Part shown: positions 9,459-18,664 of the stretch, in pieces | Layout: each line of letters starts with the position of its first letter | How positions within the stretch are numbered: position 1 is the stretch's first letter | Sequence record: PZ154895.1 | Length of the DNA stretch: 64,000 nucleotides | Reading direction: 5' to 3' (one strand) | From: a phage | Position numbers and translations under genes: made by a program | The notes under the pieces: generated by a model | What the model saw: only the letters and a program-made list of their open reading frames with translations | What the model was told of the DNA's origin: nothing | Database searches by the model: none

Positions 9459-9509
9459 AACATATCCTTTTGATACAGCGAGTGATAAACATATTTATAC
9501 GGAGGAACT

Positions 9510-9701
9510 GTGGCAGAATATTTAACTGGACAGCATCTATTAACTATTCCTGAAATAAAACGATATATTCTGAGAAATAATTTTTCTAATGAAGAGCATA
9601 TAGTTACTGAATCTATGCTTAAGAATGCATTTAAATCAGAATATACGAAAATAATGTCCAACAGGAATGAAGCTTGGACTGTTACTGATTATTATGACTA
9701 A
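9510..9701 (+). CDS. hypothetical protein, 63 aa
   Basis: ORF with GGAGGAA RBS. Confidence 0.45.
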   Translation: MAEYLTGQHLLTIPEIKRYILRNNFSNEEHIVTESMLKNAFKSEYTKIMSNRNEAWTVTDYYD

Positions 9702-9710
9702 AGGTGTATT

Positions 9711-10100
9711 ATGACTAAAATTACTGTGAATTATACTGTTGATGTAAAAGATATTCAGCCAAAACACGTGCGTTCTGAATCAAATCCGCAAAACCAAAAT
9801 AAAATTCGTCGAGCATGGGTTTTGTCTCTTTCTGATAACGCAATGGAAGTTATTCAGAATAAAATTAAATCTGCACCTGCTCGTCATGCGTATTATGAAG
9901 CTATCGATCGTGAAGTGAGTGATAAATGGATTGAACTAATGCGCAAACATACGACAGAATCTCTAAATGCTGGCGCTAAATTTATTATGACTTCATGCGG
10001 TGAACGCCTTGAAGATGATTATTGCGGTAATGCAGATGAACGTCTAATTGTTGCTGCTCAAATTGTTGCGGAAACAATTGCTGCTGATTTTAATCGTTAA
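9711..10100 (+). CDS. rpbA: RNA polymerase binding protein RpbA (by position and size)
   Basis: 129 aa ORF directly upstream of gene 45, as in T4. Confidence 0.6.
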   Translation: MTKITVNYTVDVKDIQPKHVRSESNPQNQNKIRRAWVLSLSDNAMEVIQNKIKSAPARHAYYEAIDREVSDKWIELMRKHTTESLNAGAKFIMTSCGERLEDDYCGNADERLIVAAQIVAETIAADFNR

Positions 10101-10124
10101 TTGCTTTATTAAATTAGTTATAAA
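10101..10124 (+). promoter_or_regulatory. MotA-dependent middle promoter of gene 45
   Basis: MotA box tTGCTTtA at 10101-10108, -10 TATAAA at 10119-10124. Confidence 0.55.
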
Positions 10125-10155
10125 ATTAAATCTCATTTGAATTGAAGGAAATTAC

Positions 10156-10842
10156 ATGAAACTGTCTAAAGATACTACTGCTCTGCTTAAAAATTTCGCT
10201 ACTATTAACTCCGGTATTATGCTTAAATCCGGTCAATTTATTATGACTCGCGCAGTTAATGGTACAACTTATGCAGAAGCAAATATTTCTGACACTATTG
10301 ATTTTGATGTAGCAATTTACGATTTGAACGGTTTTCTCGGTATTCTGTCTCTAGTTAATGACGATGCAGAAATTTCCCAGTCAGAAGATGGAAATATTAA
10401 AATTGCTGATGCCCGTTCAACAATTTTTTGGCCAGCAGCCGATCCGAGTACAGTAGTTGCTCCTAATAAACCAATTCCATTCCCGGTAGCATCTGTTGTT
10501 ACTGAAATTAAAGCTGAAGACCTTCAACAACTGTTGCGTGTATCTCGCGGTCTGCAGATTGATACAATTGCTATCACAGTAAAAGAAGGTAAAATCGTAA
10601 TTAACGGTTTTAATAAAGTAGAAGATTCTGCTTTGACCCGTGTTAAATATTCTTTGACTCTTGGTGATTATGATGGTGAAAATACATTTAATTTCATTAT
10701 CAATATGGCAAATATGAAAATGCAACCAGGAAATTATAAACTTCTGCTCTGGGCAAAAGGTAAACAAGGCGCTGCTAAATTTGAAGGTGAACATGCGAAT
10801 TATGTAGTAGCTCTTGAAGCTGATTCTACCCACGATTTTTAA
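10156..10842 (+). CDS. 45: gp45 sliding clamp
   Basis: 228 aa; MKLSKDTTALLKNFATINSGIMLKSGQF... matches T4 gp45. Confidence 0.95.
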   Translation: MKLSKDTTALLKNFATINSGIMLKSGQFIMTRAVNGTTYAEANISDTIDFDVAIYDLNGFLGILSLVNDDAEISQSEDGNIKIADARSTIFWPAADPSTVVAPNKPIPFPVASVVTEIKAEDLQQLLRVSRGLQIDTIAITVKEGKIVINGFNKVEDSALTRVKYSLTLGDYDGENTFNFIINMANMKMQPGNYKLLLWAKGKQGAAKFEGEHANYVVALEADSTHDF

Positions 10843-10844
10843 TA

Positions 10845-10862
10845 AAGGGCTTCGGCCCTTTA
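10845..10862 (+). terminator. intrinsic terminator AAGGGC-TTCG-GCCCTT
   Basis: Directly after gene 45 stop. Confidence 0.75.
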
Positions 10863-10893
10863 TAATTTACACTAAAACTTGAATGAGGAAATT

Positions 10894-11853
10894 ATGATTA
10901 CTGTAAATGAAAAAGAACACATTCTTGAACAGAAATATCGTCCATCTACTATCGATGAATGTATTCTTCCCGCCTTTGATAAAGAAACCTTTAAATCTAT
11001 TACAAGTAAAGGTAAGATTCCACATATTATTCTTCATTCTCCTTCTCCAGGAACAGGTAAAACAACTGTAGCAAAAGCATTGTGTCATGATGTAAATGCT
11101 GATATGATGTTTGTGAATGGGTCAGATTGTAAAATTGATTTCGTTCGTGGTCCTTTGACTAATTTTGCTAGTGCAGCTTCATTTGATGGTCGTCAAAAAG
11201 TAATTGTTATTGATGAATTTGACCGTTCAGGGTTAGCAGAGTCTCAGCGACATCTTCGTTCCTTTATGGAAGCTTATAGTTCAAACTGTAGTATTATTAT
11301 TACTGCTAACAATATTGATGGTATTATTAAACCGCTTCAGTCACGCTGCCGAGTTATTACGTTCGGTCAACCGACCGATGAAGATAAAATTGAAATGATG
11401 AAGCAGATGATTCGTCGATTGACTGAAATCTGTAAGCATGAAGGAATTGCTATAGCTGATATGAAAGTTGTAGCAGCTTTGGTTAAAAAGAATTTTCCTG
11501 ATTTTCGTAAAACTATTGGTGAGCTCGATAGTTATTCATCTAAAGGTGTTTTGGATGCTGGTATTTTATCACTGGTTACTAACGATCGTGGTGCTATTGA
11601 TGATGTTCTTGAGTCTCTCAAAAATAAAGATGTTAAACAGCTCAGAGCTTTAGCACCAAAATATGCAGCTGATTATTCGTGGTTCGTTGGTAAACTTGCC
11701 GAAGAAATCTATACACGTGTAACTCCGCAAAGTATTATTCGTATGTATGAAATTGTTGGTGAAAATAACCAGTATCATGGAATTGCGGCTAATACGGAAT
11801 TACATTTAGCATATCTTTTCATTCAATTAGCATGCGAAATGCAGTGGAAGTGA
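10894..11853 (+). CDS. 44: gp44 clamp-loader ATPase subunit
   Basis: 319 aa from MITVNEKEH...; Walker A GTGKTT; track TTG start trimmed to ATG. Confidence 0.93.
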   Translation: MITVNEKEHILEQKYRPSTIDECILPAFDKETFKSITSKGKIPHIILHSPSPGTGKTTVAKALCHDVNADMMFVNGSDCKIDFVRGPLTNFASAASFDGRQKVIVIDEFDRSGLAESQRHLRSFMEAYSSNCSIIITANNIDGIIKPLQSRCRVITFGQPTDEDKIEMMKQMIRRLTEICKHEGIAIADMKVVAALVKKNFPDFRKTIGELDSYSSKGVLDAGILSLVTNDRGAIDDVLESLKNKDVKQLRALAPKYAADYSWFVGKLAEEIYTRVTPQSIIRMYEIVGENNQYHGIAANTELHLAYLFIQLACEMQWK

Positions 11854-11854
11854 T

Positions 11855-12418
11855 ATGAGCTTATTTGAAGATGATATTCAATTAAACGAGCATCAAGTTG
11901 CTTGGTATTCAAAAGATTGGACAGCTGTCCAATCTGCTGCTGATTCTTTCAAGGAAAAAGCTGAAAATGAATTTTTTGAAATAATTGGGGCTATCAATAA
12001 TAAAACTAAATGCTCTATTGCTCAAAAAGATTATTCAAAATACATGGTTGAGAATGCATTATCACAATTTCCTGAATGCATGCCAGCTGTATATGCTATG
12101 AATTTAATTGGATCAGGTTTAAGCGATGAAGCCCATTTTAATTACCTGATGGCTGCTGTTCCTCGGGGTAAAAGATATGGTAAATGGGCAAAACTGGTCG
12201 AAGATTCTACTGAAGTATTGATTATTAAGTTACTTGCTAAGCGGTATCAAGTTAATACAAATGATGCAATTAACTATAAATCAATTCTTACTAAAAATGG
12301 AAAACTTCCTTTAGTATTAAAAGAACTAAAAGGTTTAGTCACGGATGATTTTTTGAAAGAAGTGACTAAGAACGTAAAAGAACAGAAACAACTCAAAAAA
12401 CTAGCATTGGAATGGTAA
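11855..12418 (+). CDS. 62: gp62 clamp-loader subunit
   Basis: 187 aa; position between 44 and regA. Confidence 0.9.
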   Translation: MSLFEDDIQLNEHQVAWYSKDWTAVQSAADSFKEKAENEFFEIIGAINNKTKCSIAQKDYSKYMVENALSQFPECMPAVYAMNLIGSGLSDEAHFNYLMAAVPRGKRYGKWAKLVEDSTEVLIIKLLAKRYQVNTNDAINYKSILTKNGKLPLVLKELKGLVTDDFLKEVTKNVKEQKQLKKLALEW

Positions 12419-12419
12419 A

Positions 12420-12788
12420 ATGATTGAAATTACTCTTAAAAAACCTGAAGATTTTCTGAAAGTAAAAGAAACTTTGACTCGCATGGGAATTGCTAATAAT
12501 AAAGATAAAGTTCTGTATCAGTCCTGTCATATTCTTCAGAAAAAAGGACTATACTATATCGTTCATTTTAAAGAAATGCTTCGTATGGATGGTCGCCAGG
12601 TTGAAATGACAGAAGAAGATGAAGTTCGTCGTGATTCGATTGCATGGCTGTTAGAAGATTGGGGGCTGATTGAAATCGTTCCTGGTCAAAGAACTTTTAT
12701 GAAAGATTTAACCAATAACTTCCGAGTTATTTCTTTTAAACAAAAACATGAATGGAAACTCGTTCCAAAATATACGATTGGTAATTAA
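12420..12788 (+). CDS. regA: RegA translational repressor
   Basis: 122 aa; MIEITLKKPEDFLKVKETLTRMGIA... matches T4 RegA. Confidence 0.9.
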   Translation: MIEITLKKPEDFLKVKETLTRMGIANNKDKVLYQSCHILQKKGLYYIVHFKEMLRMDGRQVEMTEEDEVRRDSIAWLLEDWGLIEIVPGQRTFMKDLTNNFRVISFKQKHEWKLVPKYTIGN

Positions 12789-12789
12789 T

Positions 12790-13011
12790 ATGACTGCTAT
12801 AACCCCGCAAGAATACATGGCGTCTCTTAAAGAAAAATATAATCTTTCTGCAACAGAAACACTTTTTGATTTACCAGAAAATCTCCAACTAAAATTTCAG
12901 GTAGAATTTCAAAAATTAGTTCACCCAGAACAAAAACACTTTACCGCAGTGGTTAAGTCAATTAATGCAGATGGATTGACAATTTTTCACCGACAAATGG
13001 TATTAATTTAA
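12790..13011 (+). CDS. hypothetical protein, 73 aa
   Basis: Track ORF 12748 trimmed to ATG 12790. Confidence 0.45.
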   Translation: MTAITPQEYMASLKEKYNLSATETLFDLPENLQLKFQVEFQKLVHPEQKHFTAVVKSINADGLTIFHRQMVLI

Positions 13012-13014
13012 GCA

Positions 13015-13035
13015 AGGGGCTTCGGCCCCTTATTT
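13015..13035 (+). terminator. intrinsic terminator AGGGGC-TTCG-GCCCCT
   Basis: 6-bp stem, UUCG loop, TATTT. Confidence 0.7.
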
Positions 13036-13089
13036 AGAGTATAATATATCAAGAGCCTAATAACTCGGGCTATAAACTAAGGAATATCT

Positions 13090-15786
13090 ATGAAAGAATT
13101 TTATATCTCTATCGAAACAGTCGGAAATAATATTGTTGAGCGTTATATTGATGAAAACGGAAAGGAACGTACTCGTGAAGTAGAATATCTTCCGACTATG
13201 TTTAGGCATTGTAAGGAAGAGTCAAAGTACAAAGACATTTACGGTAAAAATTGCGCTCCTCAAAAATTTCCATCAATGAAAGATGCACGAGACTGGATGA
13301 AGCGAATGGAAGACATCGGTCTCGAAGCTCTTGGTATGAACGATTTTAAACTCGCTTATATCAGTGATACATATGGTTCAGAAATTGTTTATGACCGAAA
13401 ATTTGTTCGTGTAGCTAACTGTGACATTGAGGTTACTGGCGATAAATTTCCTGACCCAATGAAAGCAGAATATGAAATTGATGCTATCACTCATTATGAT
13501 TCAATTGACGACCGTTTTTACGTCTTTGATTTGTTGAATTCAATGTACGGTTCAGTATCAAAATGGGATGCAAAGTTAGCTGCTAAACTTGACTGTGAAG
13601 GTGGTGATGAAGTTCCTCAAGAAATTCTTGACCGAGTAATTTATATGCCATTTGATAATGAGCGTGATATGCTCATGGAATATATTAATCTCTGGGAACA
13701 GAAACGACCTGCTATTTTTACTGGTTGGAATATTGAGGGATTTGACGTTCCGTATATCATGAATCGCGTTAAAATGGTTCTTGGTGAACGTAGTATGAAA
13801 CGCTTCTCTCCAATCGGTCGAGTAAAATCTAAACTAATTCAAAATATGTACGGTAGCAAAGAAATTTATTCTATTGATGGCGTATCTATTCTTGATTATT
13901 TAGATTTGTACAAGAAATTCGCATTTACTAATTTGCCATCATTCTCTTTGGAATCAGTTGCTCAACATGAAACCAAAAAAGGTAAATTGCCGTACGATGG
14001 TCCTATTAATAAACTTCGTGAGACTAATCATCAACGATACATTAGTTATAACATTATTGACGTAGAATCAGTTCAAGCAATTGATAAAATTCGTGGGTTT
14101 ATCGATCTAGTTTTAAGTATGTCTTATTATGCTAAAATGCCTTTTTCTGGTGTAATGAGTCCTATTAAAACTTGGGATGCTATTATTTTTAACTCACTGA
14201 AAAGTGAACATAAGGTTATTCCTCAACAAGGTTCGCACGTTAAGCAGAGTTTTCCAGGCGCATTTGTGTTTGAACCTAAACCGATTGCCCGTCGATACAT
14301 TATGAGTTTTGACTTGACATCTCTGTATCCTAGCATTATTCGTCAGGTTAACATTAGTCCTGAGACTATTCGTGGACAGTTTAAAGTTCATCCAATTCAT
14401 GAATATATCGCAGGAACAGCTCCTAAGCCAAGTGATGAATATTCTTGTTCTCCGAATGGATGGATGTATGATAAGCACCAAGAAGGTATCATTCCAAAGG
14501 AAATCGCTAAAGTATTTTTCCAGCGTAAAGATTGGAAAAAGAAAATGTTCGCCGAAGAAATGAATGCCGAAGCTATTAAAAAGATTATTATGAAAGGTGC
14601 AGGGTCTTGCTCAACTAAGCCAGAAGTTGAACGATATGTTAAGTTCAGTGATGATTTCTTAAATGAATTATCGAATTACACCGAATCTGTTCTTAATAGT
14701 CTGATCGAAGAATGTGAAAAAGCAGCTACACTTGCTAACACAAATCAGCTGAACCGTAAAATTCTTATCAACAGTCTTTATGGTGCTCTTGGTAATATTC
14801 ATTTCCGTTACTATGATTTGCGAAATGCTACTGCTATCACAATTTTTGGTCAAGTTGGTATTCAGTGGATTGCTCGTAAAATTAATGAATATCTGAATAA
14901 AGTGTGTGGAACTGATGGTGAAGATTTCATCGCAGCAGGTGATACTGATTCGGTATATGTTTGTGTAGATAAAGTAATTGAAAAAGTAGGTCTTGACCGC
15001 TTTAAAGAACAAAATGATTTAGTTGAATTCATGAATCAGTTTGGTAAGAAAAAGATGGAACCTATGATTGATGTTGCATATCGTGAGTTATGTGATTATA
15101 TGAATAACCGCGAGCATCTGATGCATATGGACCGTGAAGCTATTTCTTGCCCTCCACTCGGTTCAAAGGGTGTTGGTGGATTTTGGAAAGCGAAAAAACG
15201 TTATGCTCTGAACGTTTATGATATGGAAGATAAGCGATTTGCTGAACCACATCTAAAAATCATGGGTATGGAAACTCAACAGAGTTCAACACCAAAAGCA
15301 GTGCAAGAAGCTCTCGAAGAAAGTATTCGTCGTATTCTTCAGGAAGGTGAAGAGTCTGTCCAAGAATACTATAAGAACTTTGAGAAAGAATACCGTCAAC
15401 TTGACTATAAAGTTATTGCTGAAGTAAAAACCGCGAACGATATAGCAAAATATGACGATAAGGGTTGGCCAGGATTTAAATGTCCGTTCCATATTCGTGG
15501 TGTGCTAACTTATCGTCGAGCTGTTAGCGGTTTAGGTGTAGCTCCAATTTTGGATGGAAATAAGGTAATGGTTCTTCCGTTACGTGAGGGAAATCCATTT
15601 GGTGACAAGTGTATTGCTTGGCCGTCGGGCACAGAACTTCCAAAAGAAATTCGTTCTGATGTACTGTCTTGGATTGACTACTCAACTTTGTTCCAAAAAT
15701 CGTTTGTTAAACCGCTTGCGGGCATGTGTGAATCGGCAGGTATGGACTATGAGGAAAAAGCTTCGTTAGACTTCCTGTTTGGCTGA
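13090..15786 (+). CDS. 43: gp43 DNA polymerase (family B, proofreading)
   Basis: 898 aa, same length as T4 gp43; MKEFYISIETVGNNIVERYIDENGKER...; no intein or intron. Confidence 0.97.
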   Translation: MKEFYISIETVGNNIVERYIDENGKERTREVEYLPTMFRHCKEESKYKDIYGKNCAPQKFPSMKDARDWMKRMEDIGLEALGMNDFKLAYISDTYGSEIVYDRKFVRVANCDIEVTGDKFPDPMKAEYEIDAITHYDSIDDRFYVFDLLNSMYGSVSKWDAKLAAKLDCEGGDEVPQEILDRVIYMPFDNERDMLMEYINLWEQKRPAIFTGWNIEGFDVPYIMNRVKMVLGERSMKRFSPIGRVKSKLIQNMYGSKEIYSIDGVSILDYLDLYKKFAFTNLPSFSLESVAQHETKKGKLPYDGPINKLRETNHQRYISYNIIDVESVQAIDKIRGFIDLVLSMSYYAKMPFSGVMSPIKTWDAIIFNSLKSEHKVIPQQGSHVKQSFPGAFVFEPKPIARRYIMSFDLTSLYPSIIRQVNISPETIRGQFKVHPIHEYIAGTAPKPSDEYSCSPNGWMYDKHQEGIIPKEIAKVFFQRKDWKKKMFAEEMNAEAIKKIIMKGAGSCSTKPEVERYVKFSDDFLNELSNYTESVLNSLIEECEKAATLANTNQLNRKILINSLYGALGNIHFRYYDLRNATAITIFGQVGIQWIARKINEYLNKVCGTDGEDFIAAGDTDSVYVCVDKVIEKVGLDRFKEQNDLVEFMNQFGKKKMEPMIDVAYRELCDYMNNREHLMHMDREAISCPPLGSKGVGGFWKAKKRYALNVYDMEDKRFAEPHLKIMGMETQQSSTPKAVQEALEESIRRILQEGEESVQEYYKNFEKEYRQLDYKVIAEVKTANDIAKYDDKGWPGFKCPFHIRGVLTYRRAVSGLGVAPILDGNKVMVLPLREGNPFGDKCIAWPSGTELPKEIRSDVLSWIDYSTLFQKSFVKPLAGMCESAGMDYEEKASLDFLFG

Positions 15787-15799
15787 TAGAATAAATCTA

Positions 15800-15820
15800 G
15801 GGACCTCCGGGTCCCTTTTT
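15800..15820 (+). terminator. intrinsic terminator GGGACC-TCCG-GGTCCC-TTTTT
   Basis: Directly after gene 43. Confidence 0.8.
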
Positions 15821-15903
15821 CATACAAGTAATATAAATCTATACTTAGGAAAAATAGATGATTCTAGGTCCTGTAAATTCATTAAAAATTTTTTCACAAA
15901 ACT

Positions 15904-15933
15904 GTTTACATCCCCGTTCTTCCATGGTACTAT
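15904..15933 (+). promoter_or_regulatory. T4-type early promoter cassette
   Basis: GTTTAC 15904-15909, 18 nt, TGGTACTAT; near-identical copy at 63326-63366. Confidence 0.6.
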
Positions 15934-15967
15934 ACAACTATCAACTGATATGGATTTGGAGAATAAA

Positions 15968-16204
15968 ATGAAAATTGTTTATGGTTGTTTAGCAGTGTGT
16001 TTAGTTGCATTAGCAACTGTTCCATTTATTGATATTGAAAATGACACTCAGAATGTGATTGAATCTAATACTATTATTCACATGAATGGTAAAGTATCAA
16101 CAAAAATTGATGATAATCTTCATATGAATACTAATGGAACGTTGGGTGTTCAATTAGGTAATACCTGTGTAAGCACTACTGGAGTAATTACTACTTGTAT
16201 TTGA
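15968..16204 (+). CDS. hypothetical secreted or membrane protein, 78 aa
   Basis: TTGGAGAATAAAATG leader; N-terminal hydrophobic signal-like segment. Confidence 0.45.
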   Translation: MKIVYGCLAVCLVALATVPFIDIENDTQNVIESNTIIHMNGKVSTKIDDNLHMNTNGTLGVQLGNTCVSTTGVITTCI

Positions 16205-16214
16205 GGAAATTATT

Positions 16215-16595
16215 ATGAAAATCGCTATTTTGGTTATTGCATTAGGTCTTACTGGCTGTGTAGCTCAAGGACCAGTAGTAAATCAGTCTGATGTAGGAAA
16301 AATTGTAAACTGTTCAAGCAAATTTTATAATCCTAACGTCAAGTGTTATAAAGAAGCTCCAAAACAGACAGTAGAACAAATGCAGGCGAATTTTGACGAA
16401 GCTATTCGTCCAGATGAATCTGCTCAAGCATATCGTAATTCAGATGTGATTACACGTGAAGAAAAAATTGAAAACTACTGTGCTGAACTTTGGGCAAATT
16501 GGGCTAATAATTACCAATGGCGTACCGGTAAAAATGCTCCGATGGAGTATGTAGTAAATTCTTATAATTCATGCGTAAAAAATTTGACTAAGTGA
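16215..16595 (+). CDS. putative lipoprotein, 126 aa
   Basis: Signal peptide with lipobox LTGC; next to imm. Confidence 0.55.
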   Translation: MKIAILVIALGLTGCVAQGPVVNQSDVGKIVNCSSKFYNPNVKCYKEAPKQTVEQMQANFDEAIRPDESAQAYRNSDVITREEKIENYCAELWANWANNYQWRTGKNAPMEYVVNSYNSCVKNLTK

Positions 16596-16602
16596 GGAAA
16601 AC

Positions 16603-16854
16603 ATGGAAACTTTAGTAGCAGGTTCAATTTTTATGGTTTTAGTTTCAGGCGTGTTGGCTATTATTATATACATGCTTCCATGGTTCATCGCCTTGATGCG
16701 TGGGTCAAAATCGACAGTAGGAATCTTTTTCACATCTTTACTGTTTAACTGGTCAATCATTGGTTGGTTTATTACATTTATTTGGTCAATTGCAGGTGAA
16801 ACTAAAAAATCTGTACAGCAAAATCAAGTAATTATCATCAGAGAGAAGGAATGA
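16603..16854 (+). CDS. imm: Imm superinfection immunity membrane protein (by size and position)
   Basis: 83 aa, two hydrophobic helices, between genes 43 and 42 as in T4. Confidence 0.6.
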   Translation: METLVAGSIFMVLVSGVLAIIIYMLPWFIALMRGSKSTVGIFFTSLLFNWSIIGWFITFIWSIAGETKKSVQQNQVIIIREKE

Positions 16855-17000
16855 AAAGCAAAATTTTAGCAGTATTGCTTTTAATCTTGATGATTATAAT
16901 AAGTATATACTATAGCGTAACAGTTCCTTGTATGATTCCAACGCTTATTATAGGGTGGAGTTTATTACTGTTACAAGTTAAATATGAATGCATCAATTGA
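16851..17000 (+). CDS. hypothetical small membrane protein, 49 aa
   Basis: ATGA overlap with imm stop; hydrophobic; not in track. Confidence 0.3.
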   Translation: MKSKILAVLLLILMIIISIYYSVTVPCMIPTLIIGWSLLLLQVKYECIN

Positions 17001-17007
17001 GGTTTAA

Positions 17008-17748
17008 ATGATTAACGATTATATGACAGTTGAAGAAATCCGTCTTGATTTGGGTCTTGCATTAAAGGAAAAAGATTTCGTAATTGATAAAACCGGTGTT
17101 AAAACTATTGAAATTATTGGTGCATCATTTGTAGCAGATGAACCTTTTATTTTTGGCGCTCTTAATGATGAATACATTCAACGTGAACTTGAATGGTATA
17201 AGTCTCAAAGTCTGTTTGTTAAAGATATTCCAGGTGAAACGCCGAAGATTTGGCAGCAGGTAGCATCTTCTAAAGGCGAAATTAACTCGAATTATGGTTG
17301 GGCCATCTGGTCAGAAGATAACTATGCCCAGTATGATATGTGTTTAGCTGAACTTGGTCAAAATCCTGATTCTCGACGCGGTATCATGATTTATACTCGT
17401 CCATCCATGCAGTTTGACTACAATAAAGATGGTATGTCAGATTTCATGTGTACGAATACAGTACAGTACCTGATTCGTGATAAGAAAGTCAATGCAGTAG
17501 TAAGCATGCGTTCAAATGACGTAGTCTTCGGATTCCGTAATGATTATGCGTGGCAAAAATACGTACTAGATAAATTAGTATCTGATTTGAATGCAGGTGA
17601 TTCAACTCGTCAGTATAAAGCAGGTTCCATTATATGGAATGTCGGGAGCCTTCATGTGTATTCCCGTCATTTTTATTTGGTTGACCATTGGTGGAAAACT
17701 GGCGAAACTCATATTGCGAAAAAAGATTATAACGGTGAGTGGAAATGA
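17008..17748 (+). CDS. 42: gp42 dCMP hydroxymethylase
   Basis: 246 aa; closely matches T4 gp42 as recalled. Confidence 0.95.
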   Translation: MINDYMTVEEIRLDLGLALKEKDFVIDKTGVKTIEIIGASFVADEPFIFGALNDEYIQRELEWYKSQSLFVKDIPGETPKIWQQVASSKGEINSNYGWAIWSEDNYAQYDMCLAELGQNPDSRRGIMIYTRPSMQFDYNKDGMSDFMCTNTVQYLIRDKKVNAVVSMRSNDVVFGFRNDYAWQKYVLDKLVSDLNAGDSTRQYKAGSIIWNVGSLHVYSRHFYLVDHWWKTGETHIAKKDYNGEWK

Positions 17749-18587
17749 TTCAATTCGTAATTCCAAGCTATCAACGCGGAGGGGCAGTTTCTGCCCTTGA
17801 TATGTTTCCGACTGATTATGAACCTCATATTGTAGTACGTGAACACGAAGAAAAAGCTTATTATGACGCTTACGGGTCTAGAGCTAAAATTATAACTATT
17901 CCTGATGATGTTAATGGAATTGCTGGTACTCGTAAAGCAATTACTGATATGTATGCAGGTCAACGAATCTGGATGATTGATGATGATACTACTATTCGTA
18001 TGAGTTCAATGCGAAAGAAAGATGATCGTCGCTGTGTAGATAAAATTAATCAATTAACTCGTGAACAGTTCTATGAATTGATTCAATACGTGGAAGATGC
18101 CATGGATTGCGGGTATTATCACGGCCATGCTCGTCTACCTATTTTTAAAATTACTTCATCTTGGGGTAATTATCGTGAAAATTCATACGGATTCACGAAT
18201 ACCTGGTATGATTTAGGAAAACTTACAACAGAACAAATTGGGTATGGAAAAATTGATTTATGCGAAGATATGTATGCATTTCTCAATTTAATTAATCAAG
18301 GTTATCCGCATTTGGCCTTGTTCAAATATCTAGTTGTATCTGGAAAAGCGCAAGCTCCTGGCGGATGTAGTTCAATTCGTAGTAATTCAAAACATAATAG
18401 AGCTCTTGAGCAAATCAATAGAGAGTTTCCAGAGCAAGCTCGTTGGAAAACTTCTAATATTGAAAAACGAAAATCGTTGGGTGAAGAAGACGAGCCATTA
18501 AAGGTTCTTCGCATGTGTGTTTCGCGCAAAGAAAAGTCAGAAGCATTTCATAAGTTTAATGCTATTCATCCAATAGCAGTTGATTAA
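17745..18587 (+). CDS. putative DNA-modifying glycosyltransferase (GT-A-like, DxD motif) occupying the beta-gt slot
   Basis: 280 aa; WMIDDDTTIRM acidic motif; ATGA overlap with gp42; too short and dissimilar to T4 beta-gt (351 aa). Confidence 0.6.
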   Translation: MIQFVIPSYQRGGAVSALDMFPTDYEPHIVVREHEEKAYYDAYGSRAKIITIPDDVNGIAGTRKAITDMYAGQRIWMIDDDTTIRMSSMRKKDDRRCVDKINQLTREQFYELIQYVEDAMDCGYYHGHARLPIFKITSSWGNYRENSYGFTNTWYDLGKLTTEQIGYGKIDLCEDMYAFLNLINQGYPHLALFKYLVVSGKAQAPGGCSSIRSNSKHNRALEQINREFPEQARWKTSNIEKRKSLGEEDEPLKVLRMCVSRKEKSEAFHKFNAIHPIAVD

Positions 18588-18611
18588 TGCCTAAATTTAT
18601 TGTGTTATAAT
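18587..18611 (+). promoter_or_regulatory. candidate middle promoter for uvsX
   Basis: Partial MotA box aTGCcTaA and extended -10 TGTGTTATAAT. Confidence 0.35.
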
Positions 18612-18664
18612 TACCCTATCTTTAACCAGTGAGGAAAATATAATGATGCCTATGGAAAAAATGA

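Noticed and set aside
10417-10833. 138-aa antisense ORF inside gene 45, and similar antisense ORFs inside genes 46, 43, 39, dda and gp32 (7324-7728, 14194-14481, 14668-15012, 37575-37814, 31080-31304, 62659-63138)
   Set aside because: They overlap strongly conserved replication genes on the other strand; no independent start signals.
13090-15786. Intein or group I intron in DNA polymerase or other large genes
   Set aside because: gp43 (898 aa), gp41 (475 aa), gp46, gp39 and gp52 have the lengths expected for uninterrupted proteins and continuous conserved motifs.
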